A DNA stretch of 64,000 nt from Lama guanicoe (taxonomy: Eukaryota): the NCBI GenBank assembly GCA_013239625.1, contig MU054187.1:18964711-19028710 (forward strand), written 5' to 3'. Made by a program: the position numbers and the translations under genes. The notes under the pieces are model-generated. The model searched no databases. It had not been told where the DNA came from and saw only the letters and a program-made list of their open reading frames with translations. Numbering within the stretch: the stretch's first letter is position 1; each line of letters opens with the position of its first letter. This document shows, one piece after another, positions 1 to 12,511 of the stretch.

Positions 1-1784
1 ATTTCTTTAAGGTTATACTTTAAAGGGGAATTTCTGTGCAATGCTTTTTTTAAATTTCCTTGAAATTTGAATTTATCCTGCCACTTTCTGACTGTGACAG
101 ATAAGGAGATAGGAGATAAAGTAGGTGTTAATTCTCAGTTACATAAAGGGAAGCTTTGCAAATGTCCATACTTAGCAGCGGGCTAACTGGGGACTTTCAC
201 AAGAAACCGAGGTCTTGGACAGTGGAATGAGTATCTGAAGTTTGATCATGCCAAGTGATTAACTCCACAAACTTTTAGACTTAAAAGCTTGATTCCAGAT
301 GGATCTATTATTTTGTATAAGCGAGGAACCTGGAAAGTTAGGGGCCTAGAGAAATCCTGAATTATAGTCATTTCTTTCTCTCCCTCCCTCCCAATCCCCC
401 TGTCCACACCCCTCCCCACCACATGTCACTCAACAGAGTCCCCACAAAATGACCATGGCAAGTTATAAACGTAAAATGTTGTGAACATTTCTCAGAAATT
501 TGTTTTAGTTACAACTTTACATGAACGTATTTGCCTTATCATTAGTGAGATTCTAAAAGTGTGCAATTTGTTTAGTTTAAGTTTTGCCTTTTGGGGTTGG
601 GTGTTTGGAGATTTAGAGGTTTGTACATTAATAGAGGGGCTACCAGGTGCATCAAATGCAATTAGACGAAGCCCTTGGCCCAAAGGAGCTCAGAATCTTG
701 GGGAAGACGTGCACAGCGATGGGCAATTTCAGCACAAGGGGATAAAGACTATGGTTGGGGAAAGGGTGGGCTGGGAGCTCAGAGGAGAGGTCCCTGGGAC
801 ATCTGGGGAGACGAAGGAAGCAAACTAACACTGCTAACTGTGTAATGCCTTCCGATTTGCAGAAATCCTTTTGCATTCATAACCTCCTCACATCCTGGCA
901 GTTTTCCTACCTGCAGGCTCCGGCAGGGTGTTATTCCCATGACACCTGGAAGAAGAGAGAGCTGAGGGGCATACACTTTGTCAAGGGTGGAACCGGCATT
1001 CACACTGGGTCTCCTGATGCTCTCTTGTAGGGCTATTTCCATCCTGGGCCAGCCACTGATCCCTGTCTCTGCCAGGTGTGCATGGTTTCCTGCACTGTGG
1101 TCTGGTCCAGGTCTTCCCAGGCCTTCCTTCCATCCCTCAAGTGTAAAATGAGAACATGGTTCAGGATGATTCTGATGACCTTGCACCCCAACAGTCTATA
1201 ATTCCCAAAACGGTTGCTTTTGTAATCAATCTGAGGAAGCTTGATGTGAAAGTATGTAAGTTTTTATTCATTTTTTGTAGAACCCTTTGTGGCAGGTTGG
1301 TTTTAATTTTTTTAAAAATACCTGTTTCAAGATGAAGACATTGAGGAACAGGATCCTGCCACTTCTCTGTGGCCCCACAGTGTCCTGGCGGGGTCAGCAT
1401 TCACACTTCTGGCTCCCAAGTTTCTGATCTCTTATCCCTCTGTGTGAAATGGCTTTCTGCGTACCTCCTAACTTTTATTTAACTTCCTTTTCTAATGGGT
1501 AGTGCTTAAAACTCTGTTCTGTTATTAAATGTCCTAAGCGACCTCTTGCTCTACATTTTAAAGTGTGTGCGCGCGTGTATTCTATAATTTGCTCATTATT
1601 AAAAAGGGAGGTTGCAGACTGAAAGTTGGAGAGCCAAGCATTTACTTGCAGATATATTTAAAAATATTCTTTTATTTCTTTTGAACAAATAACCTTTGAA
1701 AATGGTACAAATTCCAAAATGACCTGTACAAAATTTAAAAGTTTTTAAAACATTTATTTATCTTAAACTCTCTCTCTCTCTCTC

Positions 1785-1915
1785 TTTTTTTTTTATTAGG
1801 GGCGGAGGTAATTAGGTTTATGTATTTACGTATGTTTAGAAGGAGTACTGGGAATTGAACCCAGGACCTTGTGCATGCTAAGCATGCGCTCTACCACTTG
1901 AGCTATAGCCTCCCC
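1785..1915 (-). mobile_element. vic-1-like tRNA-derived SINE
   Basis: Reverse complement GGGGAGGCTATAGCTCAAGTGGTAGAGCGCATGCTTAGCATGCACAAGGTCCTGGGTTCAATTCCCAGTACT, with A/B boxes and an A-rich ...AAACCTAATTACC tail. Confidence 0.9.
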
Positions 1916-2959
1916 TCAACCCAGATTTTTAAAATTTAAGCTGACATTTAACGATTGAGGGATTTCTTATATAAAAACCTGGATTTATGACTTTTCATGA
2001 AAATCAAGATCTGGCAATATTAGCCCAGATTTCCTATTATGTCACCAATCTTACCTTCATTTGACAGACCGCGGGCTCTCCAGACCTCCCCCGACCCCCA
2101 CTCCCAAGTCCGCACCACTGACAGCTTGATGGGTTGTTTAATTCCCTGGTTAGCTCCTTTAGACATTTGTGTTTGTATCTGCTCACCTAAACTATTTGTA
2201 CCTTAGATGTCCCACCCACACAGAAGGGAGACTGGTGGACCTGGGGCCGACCAACTCTGAGGCAGCTGATGGCCAGAAGGTAACTTTCACCTGCAGTATT
2301 GGAATGACGGTGGGTGGAGTCAAACAGGAGGCGCTTGAGGCCTGGGAATAAAACACCAATCAGGAGAGAGGCTTGGGATTGGCTGGGATATTTGTTCTCT
2401 GGACAACAAAGAACGGTAACAACAACAAATAAAATGAGCACAGCAAAGGAGAAAGAAAGGAGGAACAACAATATGGCTCACTGACGGACAGAGTGTGCCC
2501 GCCAATAAGGGCAAACTGAAGGAATACATGAAATGGCGAACATGAACAAATGATTAATCTCCTCGATTCTCATCCCCCAAATGGGGCATCTTTCTTGGAG
2601 GGTGGTAGAGAGGATAAGAAGCAATATAATTAAAGACTGTACCGCAGCGCCTGGCCTTTGATAGATAATAGAGGACAGTGTGGTAGCTCTTAAGTCTAGG
2701 TGTGGCAGCTTTACTTCATGCTCTAGGAAGTAAAAAAAAAAAATCTTTTTTTTTCTGGATAAAATTCAGTTTTTAAAATAAAACATCCTTACTTTGTGGG
2801 GCCTTGAAAAATGAGCTTTTGAAAATGGCGAGTTCCTCTTTCCAGTTACATGTGGGCCTCCTGGTCCCTCTATGGTTATCTAGGGCCCACAAAATAGGCA
2901 CCTACACAATCAGGGTGACACCTTGAATTTCCAAAGTAAGTGACTGTACCATTCTCATA

Positions 2960-3410
2960 ATTACAGCAAGGGTTCTGGCTGAGCCGCAAACTGGGTTCAG
3001 AGTCTGGCTGTGTGTGCACCTGGCAGGTGGTGAACGGCTGTTTGCATGGGTGTATTTAATGGCACCAGGCTGTTCACAACTGCTCTGGTTCTCTTCCTTC
3101 TGAGCGCATGGTAAGATTGTGCTTCCCTGTCGCCTTGAGTTCAAGCACACCCGTGGGACTTTCTCTGGCTGATGAAATGCATCAAGAGGTGACCCGTATC
3201 ACATCAGGTAGCCGCCTGGCCACAGGAGCCGCGGGAGCCTGTCAAGATGGAGCCTCCATCAGCTTGGCTTCCCAGGTGACTCAGGTGAGCAGAGACCCTC
3301 CCTGACAACCTGCATGAGGCACACAGGAAGCCCAAGAGGTACACTCTTGCTGCCACACAACTGTCAATTTTGTTTGTGACTGCTGCATAATGAGGTGGCC
3401 TATCCTGATT
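2960..3410 (+). mobile_element. MLT1-type LTR relic
   Basis: gggactttctctggctgatgaaatgcatcaagaggtgac ... tttgtttgtgactgctgcataa...cctatcctgattgata. Confidence 0.55.
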
Positions 3411-3436
3411 GATAGAGTTGATTCTGGAGCCTTCTT

Positions 3437-3577
3437 TTGGGGGGTTTGTTTGTTTGTTTGTTTTTAAAGGGGGGAGATTTATTTATTTATTTATTTTAAT
3501 GGAGGTACTGGGGATTGAACCCAGGACCTCGTGCGTGCTAAGTGTACACTTTTCCACTGAGCTGTTCCTTCTCCTCC
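3437..3577 (-). mobile_element. vic-1-like SINE
   Basis: ggaggtactggggattgaacccaggacctcgtgcgtgctaag...ccactgagct, with a T-rich tail. Confidence 0.88.
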
Positions 3578-4689
3578 TAGAGCCTTTTTTTAACTGAAGA
3601 AGGAGAGGGCTTTTGTTTGTTTCTCTTGCTTTTTTTTTTTTAATGGAGGGAAAAGGAGAGGATGAAAACAAGGACAGTGGAAGGAGTTGTCACTGGCCTG
3701 TGTCTATTTTCCGTCTAGGCCCTTGGTCTAGTTGGAGGCCTCACTGGAGAAAGAAGGTGAGCTGGAGGCTGAAGGGACGCTTTTCGTGGGTGGGTTTCAG
3801 AGCCTTGCTGTAGGTTTTCAGGCCTAAGTGACAAAGAGGTGCCCTGAAATCAGGAGAGGGCCATGCCTTCTCCTTACTCCCAGGACACAGCAGGGCTGCG
3901 GCATCTCATGGATGGTGGTTTGGGGAAAGTCTTGACGTGGCACCATTTTTTCCATACTTCGATATTTTCACACAGGAGAGCAGCAAAGGCAAATATGACA
4001 CCCTGAAGGGACAGCAAGAGCAGGGAAACAAGGGTAGATTTGTGACTGCACATGGCTGAGACATCAGTCTGGAGACTCCCAGAAATAACCGGGGAAGATG
4101 TGGGAGGAGCAGTAACATCCTGGGGTTACACTGGGAGTGCTAAGAGCCACTATTGCCTGGAATTAATATTAATAGGACCTCACAGGGGTATTCAGGCTTG
4201 GGAGGCAGAGGACAGTGAGTCACATAATTAGTGAGCCGCTTTGGCTCCGCTGGGCCTGAGGCCCGGCTGCCCGCTGGTTACAGTCCGGACCTATTGACCT
4301 TTCTGACTGAGCACCCTCTTTATGCTCTGTCATTTTCCCACATAAACTACCCTTTTTAACCCTATTTTTTAAATTGAAGAATAGTTGCTGTACAATGTCA
4401 TGTAAGTTACAGGTGCACATAGATGATATTATCTGGCTGTATGGATTGGTGTGTATTTTCTTAAGCAGGCAAACTGAATGCATGAAGTCTTCAATTTTTG
4501 AGGCAGCAAACCAAAATGTTTGATACTATTTCAAAAATCACCGTAATTTCTAGACTTCATTACAGGGCCAATTTTCCTTTATTTTTCTTTTTTCTGAAAA
4601 AAATTTTCTTTTGGGGTGGGAGTTTGGGAGGCAGTTTGCCAAACTACATTGACCTCGTCTGTGAAATGGCTTTAAGAAGCCAACATGGT

Positions 4690-4822
4690 GGGGAGGGATT
4701 AGCTTAGTGGTAGATCATATGCTTAGCATGCATGAGGTCCTGTATTCAATCCCCAGTACCTCCATTAAAAATAAATACATAAATAAACCTAATTACCCGC
4801 CCTCCCACCTCAGGAAAAAAAA
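4690..4822 (+). mobile_element. vic-1-like SINE
   Basis: GGGGAGGGATTAGCTTAGTGGTAG...TTCAATCCCCAGTACCTCCATTAAAAATAAATACATAAATAAACCTAATTACC. Confidence 0.9.
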
Positions 4823-4943
4823 AATCAGCAACAACTAGAAAAAGATATTTAAAAAAATCACTTAGTAAGAAAAAAAAGTCAACATATACTCCCAAGGGAT
4901 GTTTGATAGTGAGTGGAGAGTGTTCTAAAGGAAGAAATAATAC

Positions 4944-6050
4944 TTCTGCACAGAAAAGGAAACCATAAGCAAAACAAAAAGACAACCTACAGGATGGGAG
5001 AAAATATTTGCAAAAATGAGACTGACAAGAGCTTAATTTCCAGAATATATAAACAGCTCATACAACTTAATAATAAAAAAGTAAACAATCCAATCCAAAA
5101 ATGGGCAGAAGACCTAACAAGCAATTCTTCAGTGAAGACATACAAATGGCCAATAAGCACATGAAAAAATGCTCAATATCGCTAATTATCAGAGGAATGC
5201 AAGCAAAACTACAATGAGATATCACCTCACACCAGTCAGAATGGCCATCATTCAAAGCCCACAAACGATAAATGCTGGAGAGGCAGTGGAGAAAAGGGAA
5301 CCCTCCTACACTGCTGGTGGGAATGCAGTTTAGTGCAGCCATTATGGAAAACAGTATGGAGATTCCTCAAAAACCAGCAAATGCAGTTACCATACGATCC
5401 AGCAATCCCACTCCTGGACATATATCCAGAGGGAACTTTAATTCAAAAACATACATGAACCCCAATGTTCATAGCAGCACTATTTACAATAGCCAAGACA
5501 TGGAAACAACCTAAATGTCCATCAACAGATGACTGGATAAAGAAGTTGTGGTATATTTATATAATGGAATGCTACTCAGCCATAAAAAATAATGAAATTT
5601 GCAACAACATGGATGGACCTGGAGATTGTCATTCTAAGAGAAATAAGCCAGAAAGAGAAAGAAAATTACCATATGATATCACTTGTATGTGGAACCTAAA
5701 AAAAGACAAATGAACTTATTTACAAAACAGAAACAGATTCACAGACATAGAAAACGAACTTATGGTTACGGGGGTGGGGGAAGGGGGTGGGAAGGGATAA
5801 ACTGGGAGTTTGAGATTTGCAGATACTAATATGTATAAAATAGATAAACAACAGGTTCATACCATGCAATACAGAGAACTATATTCAATATCTTGTAGTA
5901 ACTTAAGGTGAAAAAGAATATGAAAACAAATATATGTATGTTCATGTATGATTGAAGCATTATGCTGTACACCAGAAATTGACACAACATTGTAAACTGA
6001 CTACACTTCAATAAAATATATATATATATATATATATACATACATAAAAG
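4944..6050 (+). mobile_element. 5'-truncated L1 (ORF2 C-terminus + 3' UTR)
   Basis: Frameshifted ORF2 peptides ([13 protein letters not shown]...[35 protein letters not shown]), G-rich tract 5770-5797, AATAAA at ~6010 and an A/TA-rich tail. Confidence 0.95.
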
Positions 6051-7149
6051 GAAAGAAACAATAGAGAAACTGCTATAGAAGCACAGATAACTGAGTCTAA
6101 ATGATGCAAAAAAAAAAGAGAGAGAGAGACTATTTTTATTATAGTTAAACTTAAATTGGGCTGGGGGGAGTTTCATTTTAACACCCTTTACAAATCCACA
6201 AATTCAGTCATACTACCTCAGGGATGTTATTAACAGCTTGTGCTCATCTTAGGTTATCTGACCCCAGGAGGTGACCTAAGAGGATTGACTGCTTCTCTCT
6301 CTCTATTTTATTATCTTTGTCTCTGTCTTTAGGCAGCAGGGAGGAATTTTCTGGTGACACCTGCAATTGTGACCTCGGCTTTGAGAATCCATTGATTCTT
6401 CTCCATCTGCTTGGATCGATGGCTTAGGCAACCCTGGGCATTCCTGTCTTGTGCACAGCAGAGCCATCTTCCTCTTGAAATATAGGAAAAAGTCTGGGAC
6501 AACATCAACATGGAAAAAAACATTTATTCTCTTTAGAGTCAATGGCAAATTGTTATATTTGTTAATAAAGTCACATTTCTTTCAGATATTATAACTTAAA
6601 ATTTATAAAGGTCTTTCAGATAACATAATATAATTTCTGACCCCCAAATGCTGAGGTCCTGAGTCTTGCTCAAGGTCACCAATTAGTAGCAGAAATGGAA
6701 TTCAAACTCAGGACTTCATGCTCCCTGACCATCCCCCTCCTCCTTTCATTTAGGAGACATTGTTAAATGATTAAGGGGTGACATTTCATATACACTTTTA
6801 ACATTCAATACTATTATTTTGCTTCTTTAGAAGGGATTAAAGAAAAATGTTTCTGTTTTGATGTAGAGTAAGATGGTATGCTACCAATGCATGAATTGCT
6901 ACATTTCCCTGAATAATAGCTCTCTTTCTTACATGGGCAAAGCCAGCCTGTGTCTCTGTGAACCACCCTACAAAATTTACCCTAAAGTCTAGTTGCTGAA
7001 AAGAGCCTACGTATGAGCAGATAGCTGGGATCTGACAACTTAGGATAAAACATACTGAAAGAAAAGTAAATAGTTGCCTGTATATTACTTAATCCAAACC
7101 CTTCCTTATCAGTTCCAAAGAGAATAATAATAAAAAACTATTAGCTGTA

Positions 7150-7345
7150 ACCATTTACTGAATGACTCTACTGAGGTCAAGCATGACACAGCCTGATACC
7201 TATTTGTTGTCATTTAACGTTACAATAACCCCATGACGTTAGTACTATTTTAGCTCCACTTTACTGGTGAGGAACTGAGGTTTACAGAGCTTGTGTAATT
7301 TGAACAAGTTTTACAGCAAACAATCAGCTGAGTGGTTTTTACAAC
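7150..7345 (-). mobile_element. MIR SINE
   Basis: catttactgaatg...ctccacttttactggtgaggaactgaggtttacagag (MIR core). Confidence 0.65.
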
Positions 7346-8689
7346 ACACCACCGTTTTTACTCTTCTACCTGAGGAAACCTCATTTCTGGAAGAAAATGT
7401 TTTCCACAAAAAAAAAAAAAAATGCAAGCAACCCAGAAATGAGCTAAAGAAGCCAAGAGACCTATGTAACAAATTTCAGCTGGCTTATTGGAAATTGCAT
7501 TCAATGGAGACTTGTTCATCTTGTCAGTTTCCCTAGAAAATTAATTTGCTTTGTATGTATATTAAATATTACAACTAAGCTAGGCCCAGTCTACCTTTAG
7601 CCAGTTACAAGTCATACAATTTAGAGAGAGGAAAAAAAAACCCAGTAAATTAAGATGAAGCAATATGAAACATTTTTCATTTAAAGAAAAGCTAGCTGCT
7701 CAATATATTATTTTTCCTAGCTACAGGGGCTTGACCCTTTGGGGATGTTGAAAGGAAAGGAATAATAGGATTGATTGAAGAAAGGGAAAACCAGCAACTT
7801 GAAAAAGGTTGTGGCAGATTAGATGGCGTTATGATGCCCGTCATGACTTCCTCCTGTCAAAATGAGATTCATTAAAGAAAACTCTTACCTAAATTAAAAC
7901 TCTCCTTGCCAACATCCTCCCCTCCAGATGTTAACAACAGACTGTGGCCCGGTTGACAGCATGACTGTGGGTAATCATTGGAAATGTTTCATAACATTCT
8001 AATAAGAGGATGGCAAGAAGCACTGAGAAATATTTTATTTACTTTTAACCAAAAATGACGAAAACAGCTGACTGACTGATGATGACTTCTTGGATCAGGA
8101 ATCTGCAAGGAGACAAGGCAATGCTCTCATTATGAGAGGCAATTGCTCGGGAGTTCAGCTGTGGTGGTTCTTGCTCCAGCGCGATGCTGTTATTTCCTGA
8201 CTTACGTACATGATGAAAAGATGGTTTAGAGAGTGGCAACGGGGAGGAGCAGTTGGCTTAGAGAGTGTCAGCCCCTTTGGTGAATTGTGGCCTTTTCTAG
8301 GCTGATCCCCAGGGTTGTCTGTGCTCTGGGATACAGCAACAGCTCCTCCGGTGGGCATTTCAGTTCATGGAAAATGGTAGAAAACTGAACTGTCCCTGTC
8401 AAACAAAAATACACTTCCAGTTCTGCTGTTTTATTATTTTTTGAGAGAGCACTCAAAGGACACATCCAATTATTGGAGCTGATAAAGGATGCGGCCCTGC
8501 CCAGTGTGGCAAGTGGGAATCTGCTCCCGGAAGAAGACAGTGTGGGTCACACATCTTGTATTTCATCTAATTCTGAGAGGGAGTTTAGAGTTTCCCCTTC
8601 TGTCACCTAAATCCCAGCCAGTAGAAGTGTTGCTGTGAGTCAAAGTACCATTTATTGGCTTGAATCTTTTAAAAAAATTTACTTAATTT

Positions 8690-10135
8690 TTCTTTCTACT
8701 TTAATTAAAATAGAATTCACATACAGCACTCTGGAAGTTTAAGATTTACAGAATAATGATTTGACTTGTATCCATCATGAAATGATTGCAGTAAGTTTAG
8801 TGAACGTCCATCATCTCATATAGATATAAAATTACAGAAATAGGAAAAAATGTTTTCCTTGTAATGAGAATGCTCAGGATCTACCCTCTTAACAACTTTT
8901 ATATATAATATATATCAGTGTCAGTTATATTTATCATGTTGTACATTACATCCTAGAACTGACATCTTATAACTGAAAGTTTGCACGTTTTGACTGCCTT
9001 CATCCAATTCTACCCTGCCCCACCCCCTCCTCTGGTAAGCACAAATCTGATCTCTTTTTCTATGAGTTAGTCTTTTGTTGTTTCTGTTGTGAGGTATAGT
9101 CAGTTTACAATGTTTGATCAATTTCTGGTATACAGCATATATTTCAGTCATCCATATACTTACATGTACACCCTTTCATATTCTTTTCCATTATAGGTTA
9201 CTACAAGATACTGAATTTAGTTCCCTGTGCTATAGAGTAGAAATTTGTTGTTTACTATTTGAAGTATAATTGACCTAAAACACTACGTTAGTTTCTGTTG
9301 CACAATGTAGTGATTCAATGTTTCTATACATTTCAAAATGATCACCATAATAAGTCTCATTACAATATGTCACCATGCAAAGGTACTACATAGTTATTAA
9401 CTATGTTCCCCACATTGTGCATTTCATACCCCTGATTCATTTATTTTGCAACTGAAACGTTGTACCTCTTAATCTCCCTTACCTATTTCTTTCCTTCCCC
9501 TCAACCCTCCTTCCCTCTGGCAACCCCTGTTCTCTGCATAAATGAGTCTGGTTTTGATTTGTTTTATTTTGTTTGTTTTGTTTTTTAGATTCCATATAAG
9601 TGAAATCATACAGTATTTGTCTTTCTCTGTCTGACTTAATTGACTTAGCATAATACCCTCTAGATCCATCCATCTTATTGCAAATGGCAAGATTGCATTC
9701 TGTTTTTATGGTTGAGTAATATTCCATTGTGTATATGTGTATATATAGATATACACACCACATCTTTATTCATTTATCTTTGGGCACTTAAGTTGCTTCA
9801 TAGCTTGGCTATGGTTAGATTATGCTTCAATGAACATAGGCGTGCATATATATTTTCTAATTAGTGTTTTAGTTTTCTTTCAATAAATACCTAGGAGTAG
9901 AAATTCTAGATTGTATGGTCATTCTGTTTTTAATTTTTGGAGGAATCGCCAGACCATTTTCCATAGTGGTTACACCAATTTACAGTCCCATCAACAGTGC
10001 ATGAGGGTTTCATTTTCTGAACATCTTTGCCAGCACTTGTTATTTGTTGTCTTTTTGATAATTGCCATTCTGACAGGTGTGAGGTAATTACTGATGTTGA
10101 GCATCTTTTCACGTGTCTGTTGGCCGTATTTGCTT
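8690..10135 (-). mobile_element. Older 5'-truncated L1 with a nested younger L1 3' fragment (~9085-9255)
   Basis: ORF2 end peptide (WMDLEGIMLSQLSQTEKDKYCMISL). Its 3' UTR is homologous to the plus-strand copy at 28860-29660. The nested piece matches the 3' end of the 4944-6050 type. Confidence 0.88.
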
Positions 10136-10599
10136 GGATCTTTCACTAGATCCTAAGCTCCTTAAAAGCAGGGACACGGCCTGTTTAATTATATGCTTAA
10201 CTTCTAGTTTAGTGTTGGCTCCCAATAGGAACATAATAAATATTTTGAATGAGTGAATGAGTGAGTTTAGGCTTGACTTTAAAAGGGAGGAGGCCACTTT
10301 TTTCACTCTTTTTTGAGGATGCATCCATCAGACAGGGTCCAGGGAGGCCTCTTGCTGGGGTAGAATCTCACCCTTAGGAGATCAAGTGTGTCTTATGTGG
10401 GCACGCGGGGGAAGCAGGTGTGGAAACGTCTGCTTTGCTCACTGCTCCAGGGCTTAGAGGAGAAGAGGTTCTTGAAGTTTCAAATCTACCCTAAAGCCCA
10501 TCTAGAGCTGAAACTCCAGTTCAGAGTCCTCAACCTTCACTGACCTTTATAATCTACTTTTTTTTTTCTCCAGAAGCAAATGAAAGCTTTTATCTTTGA

Positions 10600-11200
10600 T
10601 TAAAAATCTGAGCGCTGCCGCTCCCACTCTAGAGCACCCGCTCGCTGGAAGGGCGGTGGGCGGGGCTGCTTTGCAGGGTTCTCTCTGGGGAGGGAGGGGC
10701 GGAGTTCTCGCGATCTGGCGCAGCTCTCGCGAGTTGTGCACAGCGCAGCTGAACAGCGCCCCCTACACGTGTCCGCACATGGCCCGCCCGCCCCCGCCAT
10801 CTTGAATTGACGGGTAGCTGGCCGCGCTTCTGCGCGCCGTCCGCTGCGTCGAAGTGTCTGGTGTTATTTTTTTTACTGTAAGTTTTTTTTTCCTTTTTTC
10901 TTTTAATACCGGGATCCCACCCCAGACTAGTTAAATCAGAAGCTGGGGCATGAATACTTGAAAAATCTCTAATGTGCAGCCAGAGTTGGGCCACGGCTTC
11001 AGTGCAGTGGTTCCGAGCTTTGCGAGTATTGGAGTCACTTGTGAAGGTTCAACATGTGCAGATTCCGGGCCCCGTGTCCGGCGGTGGGGTTCGGGGGTCC
11101 AGGCTGGGCTCACACTTCTGTCTAGACACCAGGTTTTGAAGGACATCGAGGTCTGAGAAGACTCTTTGGCTCGGGGTTTCACGGTTCGGCGAACAGTGCG
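10600..11200. promoter_or_regulatory. CpG island / promoter-like element with no assignable coding gene
   Basis: Dense CpGs in otherwise CpG-poor DNA. GC boxes (10651-10665, 10696-10704), two TCTCGCGA motifs (10706-10713, 10725-10733), E-box CACGTG (10766-10771), YY1-type CCGCCATCTTG (10794-10804). Confidence 0.75.
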
Positions 11201-11660
11201 AGATGCTTGTTAGGACCCAGATTCTGGGTCCTCCTGCACCTGCGGGCTCAGACTCTACCAGAGGGACATGGGCCTTGGTAGGTTTGAAAGTGCTTGAGGT
11301 GACCCCCACGATTAGGGAAACAGTACTCGCTCAGTGTTTCTTCAAGTGTGGCCCCTAGACCTGCAGCGTCAGTACCAAGAGGTTGCTTGTTAGAAATGCA
11401 GATTCCGGGGCCCCAGCTAGACCTCCCAAATCAGATTCCCTGGGGGTGGGACCCAGCGCTTTGCTATTTCACAAGCCCTGCAGGGGATTCCGATGCTCTA
11501 GGTTCCTGTTTCTCAAGGTGTGGGACTCTGTCTTTGGTATCACCTGGGAACTTGCTAAAAATGCAGACTCTCAGCGCCCCCCCCCCGACTTAATAAGTCA
11601 CAATCTACATTTTTAAAAGATCCCCGGTGATTCGTATGCACATTAAAGTTTGAGAAGCCT
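10890..11660. mobile_element. Array of ~4-5 MER5-family (hAT-Charlie) elements
   Basis: Repeated MER5 motifs: cagtg(g/t)ttc, cttgttagaaatgcagatt, aaatcaga..ctgggggtggg, and aagatccccggtgattcgtatgcacattaaagtttgagaag. Confidence 0.75.
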
Positions 11661-12025
11661 TGGTTATGACCCAAATAAATATCCTTTTGCCGTGGAAATA
11701 GAAAAATGTAAGCTCCTTTAATGAGAAACAGAATCCAAAATTAGTAACGTCTCCCTTTAAGAACAGAAGTAGCTTTAATTAAAGAGAAACTTGAAGCAGA
11801 TCATTTGGAACCATACTAATATAATATGTAAATCCTAGCGTTGTGTTATTAATTAGTCTGAAGTACAGGATTCAAGTAAAATTAAATGTAAAGATCGTCT
11901 AACCCTTTCCTGTGTTACTTTCTATTTCTGTAGTGTTTCCTAATTCCATATAGAGTCTGTCAAATAATTTTACTCCAGAGCCTGACTTTACTCTTTTGGA
12001 ATATAAATTTGTGCACGTGCTCACA

Positions 12026-12026
<1 letters not shown>

Positions 12027-12063
<37 letters not shown>
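12027..12063. repeat. (CA)n microsatellite
   Basis: Direct inspection. Confidence 0.95.
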
Positions 12064-12065
<2 letters not shown>

Positions 12066-12068
<3 letters not shown>

Positions 12069-12511
12069 ATTAGGGTTCTCCAGTGTATTAGGGTATGCAT
12101 CTCTATATGTATATATCCCATTGGTCATGTTTCTCCATATATATATATAGAGAGAGAGAGAGAGGAGAGAGAGAGAGATACATTAAGGAATTTACACAAT
12201 TGTGAGACTCGCAAGTCCAAAATCTGTGGGGCAGGCTGACCGCCCAAAAATTCCAGCAAGAGTCAATATTGTAGTCTTGTCTCCAAAGACAGTCTGGAAG
12301 CAGAATTCCTTCTTGGAGGATGTCAGTCTGTTTTATCTTTAGGCCTTAAACTGGTTGGATGAGACCTATCCACATTATGGAGAGTAATCTACTAAAAATC
12401 TACTGATTTAAATGTTAGTGACATAAAATCTGCACAGAAACATCTGGATTGGTGTTTGACCAATCAACTGGGAACCATAGCTATGGCAAGTTGACACATA
12501 AAATTAACCAT
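12066..12511 (-). mobile_element. MLT2-type (ERVL) LTR
   Basis: tgcattagggttctccag...gcaagtccaaaatctgtggggcaggctg...aagttgacacataaaattaaccat, with internal TA/GA microsatellite. Confidence 0.8.

Noticed and set aside
4690..4765. tRNA-like sequence (also at seven other sites)
   Set aside because: These are diverged SINE heads with A-rich tails, not intact tRNA genes.
4913..5713. L1 ORF2-like ORFs as functional genes
   Set aside because: They are frameshifted, 5'-truncated retrotransposon remnants.
10600..10800. AAGATGGCG-initiated 66-aa minus-strand ORF as a first coding exon
   Set aside because: The ATG context coincides with the YY1 motif, the peptide has no recognisable homology, and I found no downstream exons.
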